Shown: positions 1 through 9,751, numbered from the stretch's first letter. The stretch is 20,000 bases of DNA from Archaeoglobus sp. JdFR-37 (GCA_002010215.1 MTMY01000004.1:119758-139757), one strand, 5' to 3'. Numbers and translations are program-made. Notes: generated by a model from the sequence alone, not told the origin.

Positions 1-1059
1 CCAGTGTACGTTAAAGCGATGGAAGTTCTAGGTCCCATCATCGGAAGAACAGGAGCTCAGCTCCTCTTGAGCCTTATAGAATCCATTTTAATAATAGCCC
101 TCATTTTTATAAATGTTCTGATAATTGTCTGGCTGGAGAGGAAGATTCTCGGAAGAATGATGAACAGAAGAGGACCGGTTTATGCAGGCCCACCGTTGCT
201 CTGGGGACTGTTTCAGGCAATTGCCGACTTTTTAAAACTCATGACAAAGGAGTTCTTCATTCCAAGGAGGGCGGACAGGCTAACATATATTATCGGTCCC
301 GCTCTGGTGGTGTTCGCAGGACTGGCCATAGGTTTGATGGTCCCCTTTGGCGAGGGCTTTGTTGGCCTGAAAAATGAGGCCAGCCTGATTTATATCATAG
401 CTCTAGCAAGCCTCGAACCCATGGGTGTGATGCTCTGCGGCCTTTCAGCCAATAACAAATTCTCCCTGATGGGAGGTATGAGAGCTGCTGCTCAGATGAT
501 AAGCTACGAGCTGCCAGCTGTCCTAGTTCTGATTTCAGCAGCCTTACTTGCAGGAAGTGTTGATATTCTCGAGATAGCTGAGTCCCAATCTCAGATATGG
601 TACGTTGCCATCCTCCCGCTTGGAGCCCTCCTTTACCTGATAACCGTATTGGCGGAGCTTGAGAGGACACCTTTCGATATCCCTGAGGCGGAATCAGAGC
701 TCGTTGCAGGGTTTATGACAGAGTATGGGGGTATGTTTTACGGCATGCTGATGGCCGCCCACTACATAAGCGTATTTGTCACATCCGCCCTTTTCGTGGC
801 AGTTTTCCTTGGTGGGTATGGCTTGCCTTTCGGTTTAAATGCAGCCTTAGAAATGCTCCCACCTGCTCTTGCAAGCCTTACTACCCTCCTCATCTTCCAT
901 GTGAAGGTCTATATAGTGGTCTTTCTCCTGATATGGATTAGAGCTGCCTATTTCAGGTTCCGGATTGACCAGCTTCTGGAGCTGGGCTGGAAACGCCTCT
1001 TTCCACTTTCACTTCTCAATCTAGTATGGGCTATAGCAGCTTTGGGGGTGTTATCTTGA
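1..1059 (+). CDS. fqoH: F420H2:quinone oxidoreductase / complex I subunit H (NuoH-like); frame is open from base 1, so the true start may be GTG 4, ATG 19 or upstream of the window
   Basis: WLERKILGRMMNRRGP, QAIADFLKLMTKE, NNKFSLMGGMRAAAQMISYE, ERTPFDIPEAESELVAGFMTEYGG, RFRIDQL: NuoH/ND1 signature motifs; multiple TM segments. Confidence 0.95.
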   Translation, partial: PVYVKAMEVLGPIIGRTGAQLLLSLIESILIIALIFINVLIIVWLERKILGRMMNRRGPVYAGPPLLWGLFQAIADFLKLMTKEFFIPRRADRLTYIIGPALVVFAGLAIGLMVPFGEGFVGLKNEASLIYIIALASLEPMGVMLCGLSANNKFSLMGGMRAAAQMISYELPAVLVLISAALLAGSVDILEIAESQSQIWYVAILPLGALLYLITVLAELERTPFDIPEAESELVAGFMTEYGGMFYGMLMAAHYISVFVTSALFVAVFLGGYGLPFGLNAALEMLPPALASLTTLLIFHVKVYIVVFLLIWIRAAYFRFRIDQLLELGWKRLFPLSLLNLVWAIAALGVLS

Positions 1060-1703
1060 AGGTCATCAAGAAGCTGGCTGGTCCACTGGTAGTTCCCTTA
1101 AGCTACTTCTTTCAGCGCCCCATAACAGTACAGTATCCCGATGAACGGCTTGTTGTACCCAAAGGGTACAGAGGCCACCCTCTCTTCACTCTTGAAAACT
1201 GCATAGCCTGCAGAGCATGTGAAAGGGCATGCCCAGTCAACACAATCCAGATCGACATGGAGATAAAACCGGATGGGAGAAGGATAATGTACGGTTACTA
1301 TCTCGACCTCGGCCGCTGCCTTTTCTGCGGATTCTGTGCTGATGCGTGTCCTACAGGGGCAATCGTGATGGGGCCAAAGCTTGAATTGATGGAGTGGAAG
1401 AGAGAAGAGCTTGTTTACGACATAAGAAAATTCCAGAAGCTGAAAAAGGAATTAAGGTGGAAGCCTGAAAAACCTGTAAAGCGTTCTGCATGTGCACATC
1501 CTGAAAACTGCATAGGCTGCATGTTCTGCGTTGAAACCTGTCCTGTCAATGCCATATCCGTCACTACTGTGGGAGACGAGCGAGTTCTGAGAATAGATCC
1601 CACTGTGTGCTCTGGCTGTGGAATGTGCGTGAAAAACTGCCCTACCTTCGCCTTAACGATGACTGAATATGCTGAGACCGAATATTCCGAATATGAGAGA
1701 TAA
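1056..1703 (+). CDS. fqoI: Complex I subunit I (NuoI-like) with an additional C-terminal 2x[4Fe-4S] ferredoxin domain
   Basis: TVQYPDE...GYRG N-terminus and four CxxCxxCxxxCP motifs. Start re-assigned to TTG 1056 (overlaps H stop; RBS GGGGGTG 1044-1050) rather than ATG 1026. Confidence 0.92.
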   Translation: MKVIKKLAGPLVVPLSYFFQRPITVQYPDERLVVPKGYRGHPLFTLENCIACRACERACPVNTIQIDMEIKPDGRRIMYGYYLDLGRCLFCGFCADACPTGAIVMGPKLELMEWKREELVYDIRKFQKLKKELRWKPEKPVKRSACAHPENCIGCMFCVETCPVNAISVTTVGDERVLRIDPTVCSGCGMCVKNCPTFALTMTEYAETEYSEYER

Positions 1704-1717
1704 TTGAGGTGTGATGG

Positions 1718-2770
1718 ATGACAGAGGTGTGTTACTTCGAGTGGAGAGTAAAGCTGCCAAAAAAGCCCCTGAGAGACCAGAAGTATTTTGGAAACCTCAA
1801 GAAGTTCGTTATAGATGCTGGATTATGCAGTCACTGCACCACATGTACTTCTGTCTGTCCGGTTTATGGTATAACAGGCGGTGACAAGCCCATTGATTTT
1901 CCAAATTGGGAAAAAGATTGCATTGATTGCGGATCGTGTATTAGAGTCTGTCCAAGATGGGGATACGAACCAAAGAATGGTATTGGAAATTATGTCGAGA
2001 TTACAGCAGCAAAATCGAAACGATTCAAGGGTCAGGATGGCGGTATGGCCAGCGAGATTATCGCTTCAGCCTTCGAGCTAGGCATGATAGACAGGGCGGT
2101 TGTGGTCAGCAGAGACGATGTGTGGCATCCTGTTATGACCCAGGTTAGGACTGCGAAGCAGCTCGGAGATGAGAAGATTGCCAGCTCCAAGTATAGCTTT
2201 GCAGATGTCATGGTCGAGCTTAGAAATGCCACCTACAACACCAGAAAGGGTGTTGCAGTAACGGCAACACCATGTATGATTTCTGGACTTAAGAAACTGG
2301 AGGATGAGGTAGCGAGTTACAAACAGAACGTCAAGCTGGCAATAAGCCTCTTCTGCATGGAGAATTTCTACTATCACCAGCTCTCAGAGCTTTTAGCTAA
2401 CAAAGGCATTGAAATGAAATCCGTAGGAAAAATGCATGTTACCGACAACGGATTGGCTGTTGAGGTGAGCGAGGGGGAGGCTGGGGAGTACATCAGAGTT
2501 GTTGAGATCAACGAAGAGGAAATAGAGGAGATACTTCCTTCAGGCTGTAGAGTGTGCCAGGATTTTGTTGGAGTTGAAAGCGATGTAAGTGTTGGTAGCG
2601 AGGGGTCACCAGAAGGATTCTCCACAATAATCGTTAGAAGTGAAGTTGCTAAGAAAATCATGGATCACATAAGGGAAAAGGATTACGCTGAGTTCGCTGA
2701 GGTTGATGTTGATGCCATCGAAAAGCGCTGCGAGAATAAAATCCAGAAAAGACCTTACAGGAGGGGGTAA
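1718..2770 (+). CDS. fqoF: F420H2-oxidising input subunit F (FrhB/FpoF/FqoF family flavo-iron-sulfur protein)
   Basis: Two N-terminal CxxCxxCxxxCP motifs followed by FrhB-family motifs GQDGG, TPC, LFCMENF, GCRVCQDF, DVSVGS; RBS GAGGTG 1706-1711; position inside a complex I operon. Confidence 0.9.
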   Translation: MTEVCYFEWRVKLPKKPLRDQKYFGNLKKFVIDAGLCSHCTTCTSVCPVYGITGGDKPIDFPNWEKDCIDCGSCIRVCPRWGYEPKNGIGNYVEITAAKSKRFKGQDGGMASEIIASAFELGMIDRAVVVSRDDVWHPVMTQVRTAKQLGDEKIASSKYSFADVMVELRNATYNTRKGVAVTATPCMISGLKKLEDEVASYKQNVKLAISLFCMENFYYHQLSELLANKGIEMKSVGKMHVTDNGLAVEVSEGEAGEYIRVVEINEEEIEEILPSGCRVCQDFVGVESDVSVGSEGSPEGFSTIIVRSEVAKKIMDHIREKDYAEFAEVDVDAIEKRCENKIQKRPYRRG

Positions 2771-2772
2771 AG

Positions 2773-3024
2773 GTGGAAGATCTCATCTTCGCTGTCATTG
2801 CTGCAGCGACGCTTTTGTTTTCTCTTGCCATATTCCTTGAGAGGGAGATAATGCACTCAGCCGTATTCTTTGCAGTTTCAATGCTTCTTATCGGTGGCGT
2901 ATACGTGCTTCTCGGAGCCTACTTCTTGGCGTTCATGCATGTAATGGTGTACGTTGGTGCTGTTGCAATTCTGATGGTGTTTGCGATAATGGTGACGAGA
3001 AAGGGTGGTATGAATGAGCTTTAG
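2773..3024 (+). CDS. fqoJ: Complex I subunit J, N-terminal half (J1)
   Basis: HSAVFF...YVLLGAYFLAFMHVMVYVGAVAILMVFAIM matches the NuoJ/ND6 TM1-3 motif (VYVGAV). Confidence 0.9.
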   Translation: MEDLIFAVIAAATLLFSLAIFLEREIMHSAVFFAVSMLLIGGVYVLLGAYFLAFMHVMVYVGAVAILMVFAIMVTRKGGMNEL

Positions 3025-3241
3025 AGTGCTGAGAGGTGTAATCGCAATAGCTTTCGGCCTGCTGGCCTACACATTCATATCCGGAGCACCGTTCCCCTCA
3101 GAAATACTGTGGGTACCTAATGTAGATGAAATAGGTGCAGCGCTTTTCAAGATATACGGAGTTCCCTTTGAAGTTGCATCTTTGATAATAGTCGTGGCAG
3201 TTTTTGCAGCCATCTATCTTGTCAGGAGGGATGTGGCATGA
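3014..3241 (+). CDS. fqoJ: Complex I subunit J, C-terminal half (J2)
   Basis: IGAALFKIYGVPFEVASLIIVVAVFAAIYL matches the NuoJ C-terminal PFE motif; overlaps J1 and K. Confidence 0.88.
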   Translation: MSFRVLRGVIAIAFGLLAYTFISGAPFPSEILWVPNVDEIGAALFKIYGVPFEVASLIIVVAVFAAIYLVRRDVA

Positions 3242-3543
3242 TTCCCCAGAGTTACGTCCTTGCATTCTCCATATTACTCCTCTCCATAGGGGCACTCGGT
3301 GTAATGACCAAGAGAAACCCCATAGTTATGTTGATGGGAATTGAACTAATGCTAAACGCTGCCAACATCAATCTCATCTCATTCTCCCGTCTGTTTCCTG
3401 AAGGCTTTACAGCTCAGGTCTTCGCCCTCTTCATAATCCTAGTTGCCGCTGCAGAATCCGCCATTGCTCTCGCCATAGTTGTCAGGATATTCAGAAATCA
3501 TGGCATCGTTGACATATCGCTGTTTGAAGGACTGAGGTGGTAG
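3238..3543 (+). CDS. fqoK: Complex I subunit K (NuoK/ND4L)
   Basis: KRNPIVMLMGIELMLNAANINL and VAAAESAIALAI; ATGA overlap with J2. Confidence 0.95.
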   Translation: MIPQSYVLAFSILLLSIGALGVMTKRNPIVMLMGIELMLNAANINLISFSRLFPEGFTAQVFALFIILVAAAESAIALAIVVRIFRNHGIVDISLFEGLRW

Positions 3544-3563
3544 GTGATAGGTAGGTGATAGAG

Positions 3564-5438
3564 ATGATCGAGTACTCATGGCTCATACCCATAATGCCTC
3601 TGTTTGGCTTCATAATATGCCTGACCGCTGGCTACAGGTTTACAAAGGGTCTGGGAGAAGTGGCAATTTTCTTCATGTTTCTTTCCTTCCTGCTGAGCCT
3701 TGGAGCCTTCATAGATGTCCTCAACGGCCAGACATATCAGGCTAAAATGGTTTGGGCAGTGGTTGGGGGCAAGGAGATCACATTTGGCGTGCTCATAGAC
3801 CAGCTGAGTGCACTGATGGTTCTGATAGTCTCCACACTCATTCTACTGATTCACATCTATTCGATGGGCTACATGCTGCCTTTCATCAAAACCAATAAGC
3901 TGAGCAGATACTTTGCAGAAATGCAGCTTTTCAGCGTGGGAATGCTGGGGCTGGTGATTGCAGACAACCTCCTTCTGATGTTCATGTTCTGGGAAATCGT
4001 CGGGCTGTGCAGCTACCTCCTTATAGGATACTTCTACAGGAAGCCAGAGGCAGCAAAAGCCCAGCTTAAGGCATTTCTGGTAACAAGGGCAGGAGATGTT
4101 GCATTCCTTATTGGAATTGTTGTGCTCTTCGTTTATGCCGGAACCTTTGATTTGCTCAAGCTGTTCAGTCTAGCTCCTGAAATGGATAATTTCGTTTTGA
4201 CTTTCGCCGCCATCATGCTTTTCGGCGGAGCAATTGGTAAGTCAGCCCAGTTTCCGCTACATGTTTGGTTGCCAGATGCTATGGAGGGTCCAACCACCGT
4301 TTCAGCATTGATACACGCTGCCACCATGGTTAAGGCTGGAGTATATCTTGTGGCAAGAACCTATCCCCTCTTTGCCATGAGCAGCGAAGCTTTGACAATC
4401 GTCGCATACATCGGTGGCTTCACCGCCTTATTTGCAGCCACCATGGCGCTGGTCATGGTTGACATCAAGAAGGTAATCGCCTACTCCACCATTTCCCAGC
4501 TTGGCTACATGTTTTTAGCCTTAGGAACCGGTAGCCTCTTCGCAGGCATGTTTCACCTGATGAATCACGCCTTCTTCAAAGCCCTGCTCTTCCTTGCCGC
4601 TGGAAGCGTCATAAATGCATGCATGACCAACGATATACGTGAGATGGGTGGATTGCGGAGACTCATGCCCATAACCGCTTACACCATGCTGGCTGGCAGC
4701 TTAGCTCTTGCTGGAATTCCACCCTTCAGCGGATTCTTCAGCAAGGATGAAGTCATACTTGCTGCTTATAACACTGGAGACATGGTTCTTGCATTCTTCG
4801 GTGTTGCTGCCGCTGCTCTGACAGCCTTTTACATTTTCAGGGTGTGGTTCATGGCCTTCACCGGGGAGTACAGAGGCAGGGAACATCCCAAAGAGAGTCC
4901 GGCAGTTATGACCTCCGTCCTTGTTATTCTTGCTATCTTCGCATTCTCAACAGGTTTTGCCAAAACTTGGCTTGAAGGTTACATGGAACACTTTATCGAA
5001 ACGAGCTATCCCCACGAGGTTGTAAAAGAAGGTTACATGCAGCTCGTGCTTGAGCCAAATGAAGCCCTCATGGCCCTGACAGTTGTTATTGCTGTTGCGT
5101 CCATAACCATTGCCTATCTTGGATACGTAAGAGGCATACCGATATACCGTATCAGAGACGTGCTTAAACCTATCCACACGCTTCTTTATGAGAAATACTA
5201 CATGGATTACCTCTTCGAGGATATCTTCGGCGGAAGAATAGGAATTTACTGGGCAAGGGTGACGGGGTGGTTTGACAGGGTTGTCATCGATGGAGTCGTT
5301 GATGGCATCGGAAAGGTGATGCTGGTTTCAGGGAGCGTATTGAGAAAAGTTCAGACAGGCAATGTCCAGTACTACCTGAGCGTGGTGCTTCTCGGTGTGA
5401 TGGCTCTGATATTCTACTTCACGGGGGTGAGTCCATGA
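3564..5438 (+). CDS. fqoL: Complex I antiporter-like subunit L (NuoL/ND5); start ATG 3564 or GTG 3555
   Basis: FWEIVGLCSYLLIG, GKSAQFPLHVWLPDAMEGPTTVSALIHAATMV, HAFFKALLFL, FFSKD, QTGNVQYY. Confidence 0.96.
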   Translation: MIEYSWLIPIMPLFGFIICLTAGYRFTKGLGEVAIFFMFLSFLLSLGAFIDVLNGQTYQAKMVWAVVGGKEITFGVLIDQLSALMVLIVSTLILLIHIYSMGYMLPFIKTNKLSRYFAEMQLFSVGMLGLVIADNLLLMFMFWEIVGLCSYLLIGYFYRKPEAAKAQLKAFLVTRAGDVAFLIGIVVLFVYAGTFDLLKLFSLAPEMDNFVLTFAAIMLFGGAIGKSAQFPLHVWLPDAMEGPTTVSALIHAATMVKAGVYLVARTYPLFAMSSEALTIVAYIGGFTALFAATMALVMVDIKKVIAYSTISQLGYMFLALGTGSLFAGMFHLMNHAFFKALLFLAAGSVINACMTNDIREMGGLRRLMPITAYTMLAGSLALAGIPPFSGFFSKDEVILAAYNTGDMVLAFFGVAAAALTAFYIFRVWFMAFTGEYRGREHPKESPAVMTSVLVILAIFAFSTGFAKTWLEGYMEHFIETSYPHEVVKEGYMQLVLEPNEALMALTVVIAVASITIAYLGYVRGIPIYRIRDVLKPIHTLLYEKYYMDYLFEDIFGGRIGIYWARVTGWFDRVVIDGVVDGIGKVMLVSGSVLRKVQTGNVQYYLSVVLLGVMALIFYFTGVSP

Positions 5439-6883
5439 TTCTGAGCGTCATCCTCATCCTGCTCCTACTCGGAAGCATTTTGCCGTGGCTGGTCAGAAGT
5501 GCAACCATTGCAAGATGTGTAGCCATCTTCTTCGCCTTCCTGTCCTTTGCAGCTTCAATTTATGCATACACAATGTTCGAAGGTTCAGGTTTCCAGTTTG
5601 AGGAGCGATACGAGTGGATTCCCTCGCTGGGCATAAGCTACCATCTTGCCGTCGATGGCCTTAGCCTGCCTTTAGTAATCCTCACAACTTTGCTGGCTCT
5701 GGTAGCAACCATTTACGGTGTTGACGAACCTAAGAGAGACAATCAGTTTTACGGCCTCATCATGCTGACGTGTTTCGGTACCGCTGGCGTCTTCATGGCC
5801 CTAGACCTCTTCCTCTTCTTCGTGTTCTGGGAGATCGTACTGATTCCCATGTATTTCCTGATTGCCATCTGGGGTGGACCACGCAAGGATTATGCAAGTT
5901 TCAAGTTCATAATCTACACCCATATCGGAAGCGTCATCATGATTCTGGCATTCTTCGCTATGCACTACCTCTATTACCTCCAGACAGGCGTCAGAACCTT
6001 CGATTTGTTTGAGCTTGCTAAGCTGAGCATCGAACCAAAGCTGGCAGTTATACTGTTTATAGCATTGATATTCGGTTTCTTCATCAAAATGCCCATCTTC
6101 CCCTTCCACACCTGGCTTCCGGCAGCCCACGTAGAGGCGCCGACAAGCGGAAGTGTTTTGCTGGCCGGCATACTGCTGAAGATGGGTGGTTACGGCCTGT
6201 TCAGAATCCCGTACACATTCTTCCCTGAGGTCGCCAAAGCCTATGCTTACCCTATCGCCATAATAGCCATTGTAACCATCTTCTACGGAGCTCTTGCAGC
6301 AATGGCTCAGGAGGATTACAAAAGCCTCATAGCTCTTTCCAGCGTCTCTCACATGGGATACGTGCTGCTCGGCGCCGCAGCACTGACACCAGCTGCAATA
6401 ACAGGAGCAATCTTCCAGATGTTTGCCCATGGCGTAGCTTCACCACTCCTCTTCATCATGGCCGGAACACTTCATCATAAAGCTGGAACCCGCCTCATCC
6501 ATAGGCTTGGAGGTGTTGCCCATAAAATGCCCATCTGGGCGACATTCATGGTGACCGCCAGCATGGCAGGTCTGGCATTGCCATTCACTGCTTCCTTCGT
6601 TGCCGAATTCACTGTTCTGATAGGAGCCCTTGAGGCTTTCAATGTCCTCGCCCTATTCGTCTTCCCAGCAGCTATCGTAACAGCCGGTTACTTCCTATAT
6701 GCCCTTAGAAGAGCAGTATTTGGCCCATTCAACGCTGATCTCCACATCTACGGCGATGTTGATGCCCATGAGTTCGTGGCAATGTTCATGCTGGTGGTGG
6801 CAATCATCTATCTGGGTATATACCCGATTCCACTTGAAGGGATCATAGACACCTTCAGCGTTGCATTTGCAGGAGGTGTGTAA
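5435..6883 (+). CDS. fqoM: Complex I antiporter-like subunit M (NuoM/ND4)
   Basis: FWEIVLIPMYFLI, IKMPIFPFHTWLPAAHVEAPT, LLKMGGYG, SSVSHMG, FVAEF; RBS GGGGGTG five nt before ATG. Confidence 0.96.
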   Translation: MILSVILILLLLGSILPWLVRSATIARCVAIFFAFLSFAASIYAYTMFEGSGFQFEERYEWIPSLGISYHLAVDGLSLPLVILTTLLALVATIYGVDEPKRDNQFYGLIMLTCFGTAGVFMALDLFLFFVFWEIVLIPMYFLIAIWGGPRKDYASFKFIIYTHIGSVIMILAFFAMHYLYYLQTGVRTFDLFELAKLSIEPKLAVILFIALIFGFFIKMPIFPFHTWLPAAHVEAPTSGSVLLAGILLKMGGYGLFRIPYTFFPEVAKAYAYPIAIIAIVTIFYGALAAMAQEDYKSLIALSSVSHMGYVLLGAAALTPAAITGAIFQMFAHGVASPLLFIMAGTLHHKAGTRLIHRLGGVAHKMPIWATFMVTASMAGLALPFTASFVAEFTVLIGALEAFNVLALFVFPAAIVTAGYFLYALRRAVFGPFNADLHIYGDVDAHEFVAMFMLVVAIIYLGIYPIPLEGIIDTFSVAFAGGV

Positions 6884-6884
6884 G

Positions 6885-8288
6885 ATGGCCGATACACTCA
6901 GCATGCTGAACATAGTAATACCGGAGATCATCGTAGTTCTATTCGCTTTCCTAGCCCTCTTCTCAGATCTAAAAGGGAAAAATCGAAGATTAGCAGGATT
7001 CATAACCTTGGTGGGATTCATATTAGCCATTCTCTACCTTCTCACACTGAAGGGAGTTGAAGGAAACCTACTCACCTTCGTTCTCGATTCCTATGCCTGG
7101 AGTTTTAAAATGCTCTTCCTGTTCGCCTCCGCCATCGTTGCAGTAATCTCAATTGGGTATCTTGAGAGGGCGAAGAGTAGCGTTGGCGAATACTATGCTC
7201 TGCTCATGCTCGCCACCGCCGGAGCCATGTTCGTTGTCTCTGCAAGAGACTTGATTACACTGTATGTTGCATTTGAAACTGCCAGCCTGTCAAGCTATGC
7301 TCTAGCAGCATATTTCAGGTGGGATAGAAGGAGCAATGAAGCGGGTCTGAAGTACCTCTTTTACGGAGCTTTCTCAAGCGCCCTGATACTCTATGGTCTG
7401 AGCCTAATCTATGGATTGACTGGTAGAGTGGAGCTTGAAGCAATATCTCTGGCAATTTCATCCAGTCCTGTAGCTTATCTTGCCCTCGCTATGCTCATTG
7501 CCGGATTTGGTTACAAGGTTTCCGCTGTACCCTTCCACATGTGGACACCTGACGTGTATCAAGGGGCTCCAACAAGCGTCACAGCTTTCCTAGCAGCAGT
7601 CAGCAAGGCGATGGGCGTTGCTATATTCCTCCAGATATTCGTTCTTGGCCTCGGAAGTATGATCGGTGACTGGAGACTAATCATCGCAGTAATAGCTGCC
7701 GTAACCATGACCCTTGGCAACGTGGTCGCCTTAGTACAGACAAATGTGAAGAGAATGCTTGCCTATTCCAGCATAGCCCACGCTGGCTATGCTTTGGTTG
7801 GAATAGCCGCCTTTAACCCTCTGGGCATCGCATCAGCCATCTTCCACATGGTGACTCATGCCCTGATGAAAGCAGGAAGCTTTGCCGTTGTTGGCGATGA
7901 AGGGGAGAGCATACACCAGCTGAACGGGCTGTGGAAGAGGTCACGTATCGCAGCTTTTGCCATGACAGTTTTCATGTTCAGCCTCGCTGGTTTCCCGCCA
8001 CTTGCAGGTTTCTGGAGTAAGTACTGGCTTTTCTGGAGCGCTATGGAATCAGGTCTATGGATTCTGGCCCTGATAGGTGTCCTCAACAGCGTGATTTCTG
8101 TATTCTACTACGCAAGAGTTATCAGAGCCATTTACGTCATCGAGTCGCCAAGAACCCTGAAGATTTCCAGAATGAGTTCTGCAGTGGTGGCAGCGGTGAT
8201 ATGTATGACTGGGATTCTGATAATAGGTGTGTACCCACAGCCCGTGATTGCCACACTGCTGGAAGCCATCAGGGCAGTTTACCCCTGA
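6885..8288 (+). CDS. fqoN: Complex I antiporter-like subunit N (NuoN/ND2)
   Basis: EAGLKY, YKVSAVPFHMWTPDVYQGAPT, QTNVKRMLAYSSIAHAGY, GFPPLAGFWSKY. Start re-assigned to ATG 6885 (RBS GGAGGTG 6872-6878). Confidence 0.96.
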   Translation: MADTLSMLNIVIPEIIVVLFAFLALFSDLKGKNRRLAGFITLVGFILAILYLLTLKGVEGNLLTFVLDSYAWSFKMLFLFASAIVAVISIGYLERAKSSVGEYYALLMLATAGAMFVVSARDLITLYVAFETASLSSYALAAYFRWDRRSNEAGLKYLFYGAFSSALILYGLSLIYGLTGRVELEAISLAISSSPVAYLALAMLIAGFGYKVSAVPFHMWTPDVYQGAPTSVTAFLAAVSKAMGVAIFLQIFVLGLGSMIGDWRLIIAVIAAVTMTLGNVVALVQTNVKRMLAYSSIAHAGYALVGIAAFNPLGIASAIFHMVTHALMKAGSFAVVGDEGESIHQLNGLWKRSRIAAFAMTVFMFSLAGFPPLAGFWSKYWLFWSAMESGLWILALIGVLNSVISVFYYARVIRAIYVIESPRTLKISRMSSAVVAAVICMTGILIIGVYPQPVIATLLEAIRAVYP

Positions 8289-8878
8289 TGTTTGATATAC
8301 TCTTTTAGAAGGAGCAGTGCTTCTTTTTCCCTTTTTCCACCGCATTTTTCTATGATTTTCTCTAGCTCAAGGATTCTGGATGCATAATTCGGGTTGAGGT
8401 GTAAGCGGGTGGCATAGATGAGGGCCTCAATCAGAAGGTTGAAGCCCCGGTTAACCGCCCTAATCTCCCGTTTGAGTACTTTCCCCTCCTCCAGCCTCAG
8501 TTTTATCACTCTACCTCTACCACCCTTCTCCAACTTTCCAGAAAAGCGACATACTGTTAGTGCTCCCTTCAAAATTGGAGGCTGGAGGCTTTCATACCAC
8601 TCCCTCCCCGGGTCCTCGAAGGCTGAAATGACAAATAGAACAGGATCGTGAATGACGTTCACCCATAGCTCACCACTTCTCTCAAAATTTTCTCTAGTAT
8701 GGTTTGAATATAACCTTACTTCAGCATCAATTCCTGATTCATCCCCTACTATCAGTCCCAGAGGTGCTGCATTCAAATTGAACTCACCAGACTCAACAGA
8801 CAATACTCCATGAGTTATCCCGATCACTTCATTAATACCCTCTTTCAGCCCCAAATCGGAAAGTTTCATGAGCTTCAT
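8279..8878 (-). CDS. DUF447 family protein (split-barrel fold; family associated with archaeal C1-cofactor genes)
   Basis: INEVIGIT...NAAPLG...RLYSNHTRENF...NVIHDP...NRGFNLLIEALIYATR pattern recalled for DUF447; ATGA overlap with the upstream CitG-like gene. Confidence 0.75.
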   Translation of the reverse strand: MKLMKLSDLGLKEGINEVIGITHGVLSVESGEFNLNAAPLGLIVGDESGIDAEVRLYSNHTRENFERSGELWVNVIHDPVLFVISAFEDPGREWYESLQPPILKGALTVCRFSGKLEKGGRGRVIKLRLEEGKVLKREIRAVNRGFNLLIEALIYATRLHLNPNYASRILELEKIIEKCGGKREKEALLLLKEYIKHQG

Positions 8879-9723
8879 GGTCTCAGCCCCTCCAGAAGAG
8901 CCAAGTAAATTGATGAAATCGTGAGGTCTGCCACACTTCCAGGATTTGCTCCCATTTTGAGGAGTTTTTCATCAAGCTCCCTGAATACCTCAATACCTCT
9001 ATCTTCATACCTCTTCACAGCTTCCTTTGCCATATCTCTCACTTTAATTGCTGTGTTAAATCCGAGTTTAGAAATTATTAGAGGATCAATTAGTTCTGAA
9101 AGAAGATGGTGGTATGTTAGAACTATGGCTCTATTCAAGTCTTCTTTGGCAAAGTAGAGCAATAACTCCATCCCTTTGAGGCTCAGAGGATACCCTTCCA
9201 CCAGTTCTCTGGCTATGAAATTCTCCTCTGGAGCAAGTTTCATCCATTCATAGAGATTTAGTCCTCGAATTTCGTCTTCTTCACTCTCCAGACTCTTTTC
9301 AGCAGCATCCATAACTCTAGCACCGCTCAGCCTGAAGGCCCGCATGACATACTGGCAATCCCCCTCATTTCCCTTGAGGGTTTCAACCGCTGACCTAGCA
9401 ACACTCCAAGCATCACCGGTATCCCATTTCATAATGAGGGGTATCAGCAATAAAAAAGCTCCAAAATGGACGTTTCCGGCTTTTTGCCACTTGAGAGAAT
9501 TCTCAACGCAGAGGTAAACTAGCTCTCCAACGCTTCCATCCTTTTCTGCCGCTCTTAAGAAAACAGGAAAAGCTGCAGAAGATGAAGCAAGAAAATGCTC
9601 ATATCTCAGGTCGCTAAAGTTATGATCCCTGTCCACATTTCCTGCCTTCGGGCTGCCTGATACCTCCAAAAGCATTGAAAGAGTTGCAGCGATTGCAGCA
9701 TCCTGGCTGCTTTTGAAAGGCAT
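8875..9723 (-). CDS. citG: CitG family triphosphoribosyl-dephospho-CoA synthase-like protein (archaeal type)
   Basis: LLEVSGSPKAGNVDR, GNVHFGAFLLLIPL, DPLIISKLG, NPGSVADL. True start most likely ATG 9723 (TTTTATA box at 9751-9745), not 9843. Confidence 0.85.
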   Translation of the reverse strand: MPFKSSQDAAIAATLSMLLEVSGSPKAGNVDRDHNFSDLRYEHFLASSSAAFPVFLRAAEKDGSVGELVYLCVENSLKWQKAGNVHFGAFLLLIPLIMKWDTGDAWSVARSAVETLKGNEGDCQYVMRAFRLSGARVMDAAEKSLESEEDEIRGLNLYEWMKLAPEENFIARELVEGYPLSLKGMELLLYFAKEDLNRAIVLTYHHLLSELIDPLIISKLGFNTAIKVRDMAKEAVKRYEDRGIEVFRELDEKLLKMGANPGSVADLTISSIYLALLEGLRP

Positions 9724-9744
9724 GAAGAAGATTGATAAAGGATG

Positions 9745-9751
9745 TATAAAA
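9745..9751 (-). promoter_or_regulatory. Probable TATA box of leaderless citG-DUF447 transcript
   Basis: TTTTATA 22-28 nt upstream of ATG 9723; no RBS visible. Confidence 0.5.

Noticed and set aside
2773..3241. fqoJ as a frameshifted pseudogene
   Set aside because: Both halves are intact, the second has its own ATG with upstream GGGTGGT, and split J genes are known in archaeal complex I operons
3541..3561. TAGGTGATAG duplicated between fqoK and fqoL
   Set aside because: Local duplication of the stop/RBS segment; only makes the L start (3555 vs 3564) ambiguous
5801..6430. 209-aa antisense ORF and the other short overlapping ORFs in the track (e.g. 11575-12090, 14490-14975, 18945-19481)
   Set aside because: Shadow frames of well-supported genes; no motifs or RBS
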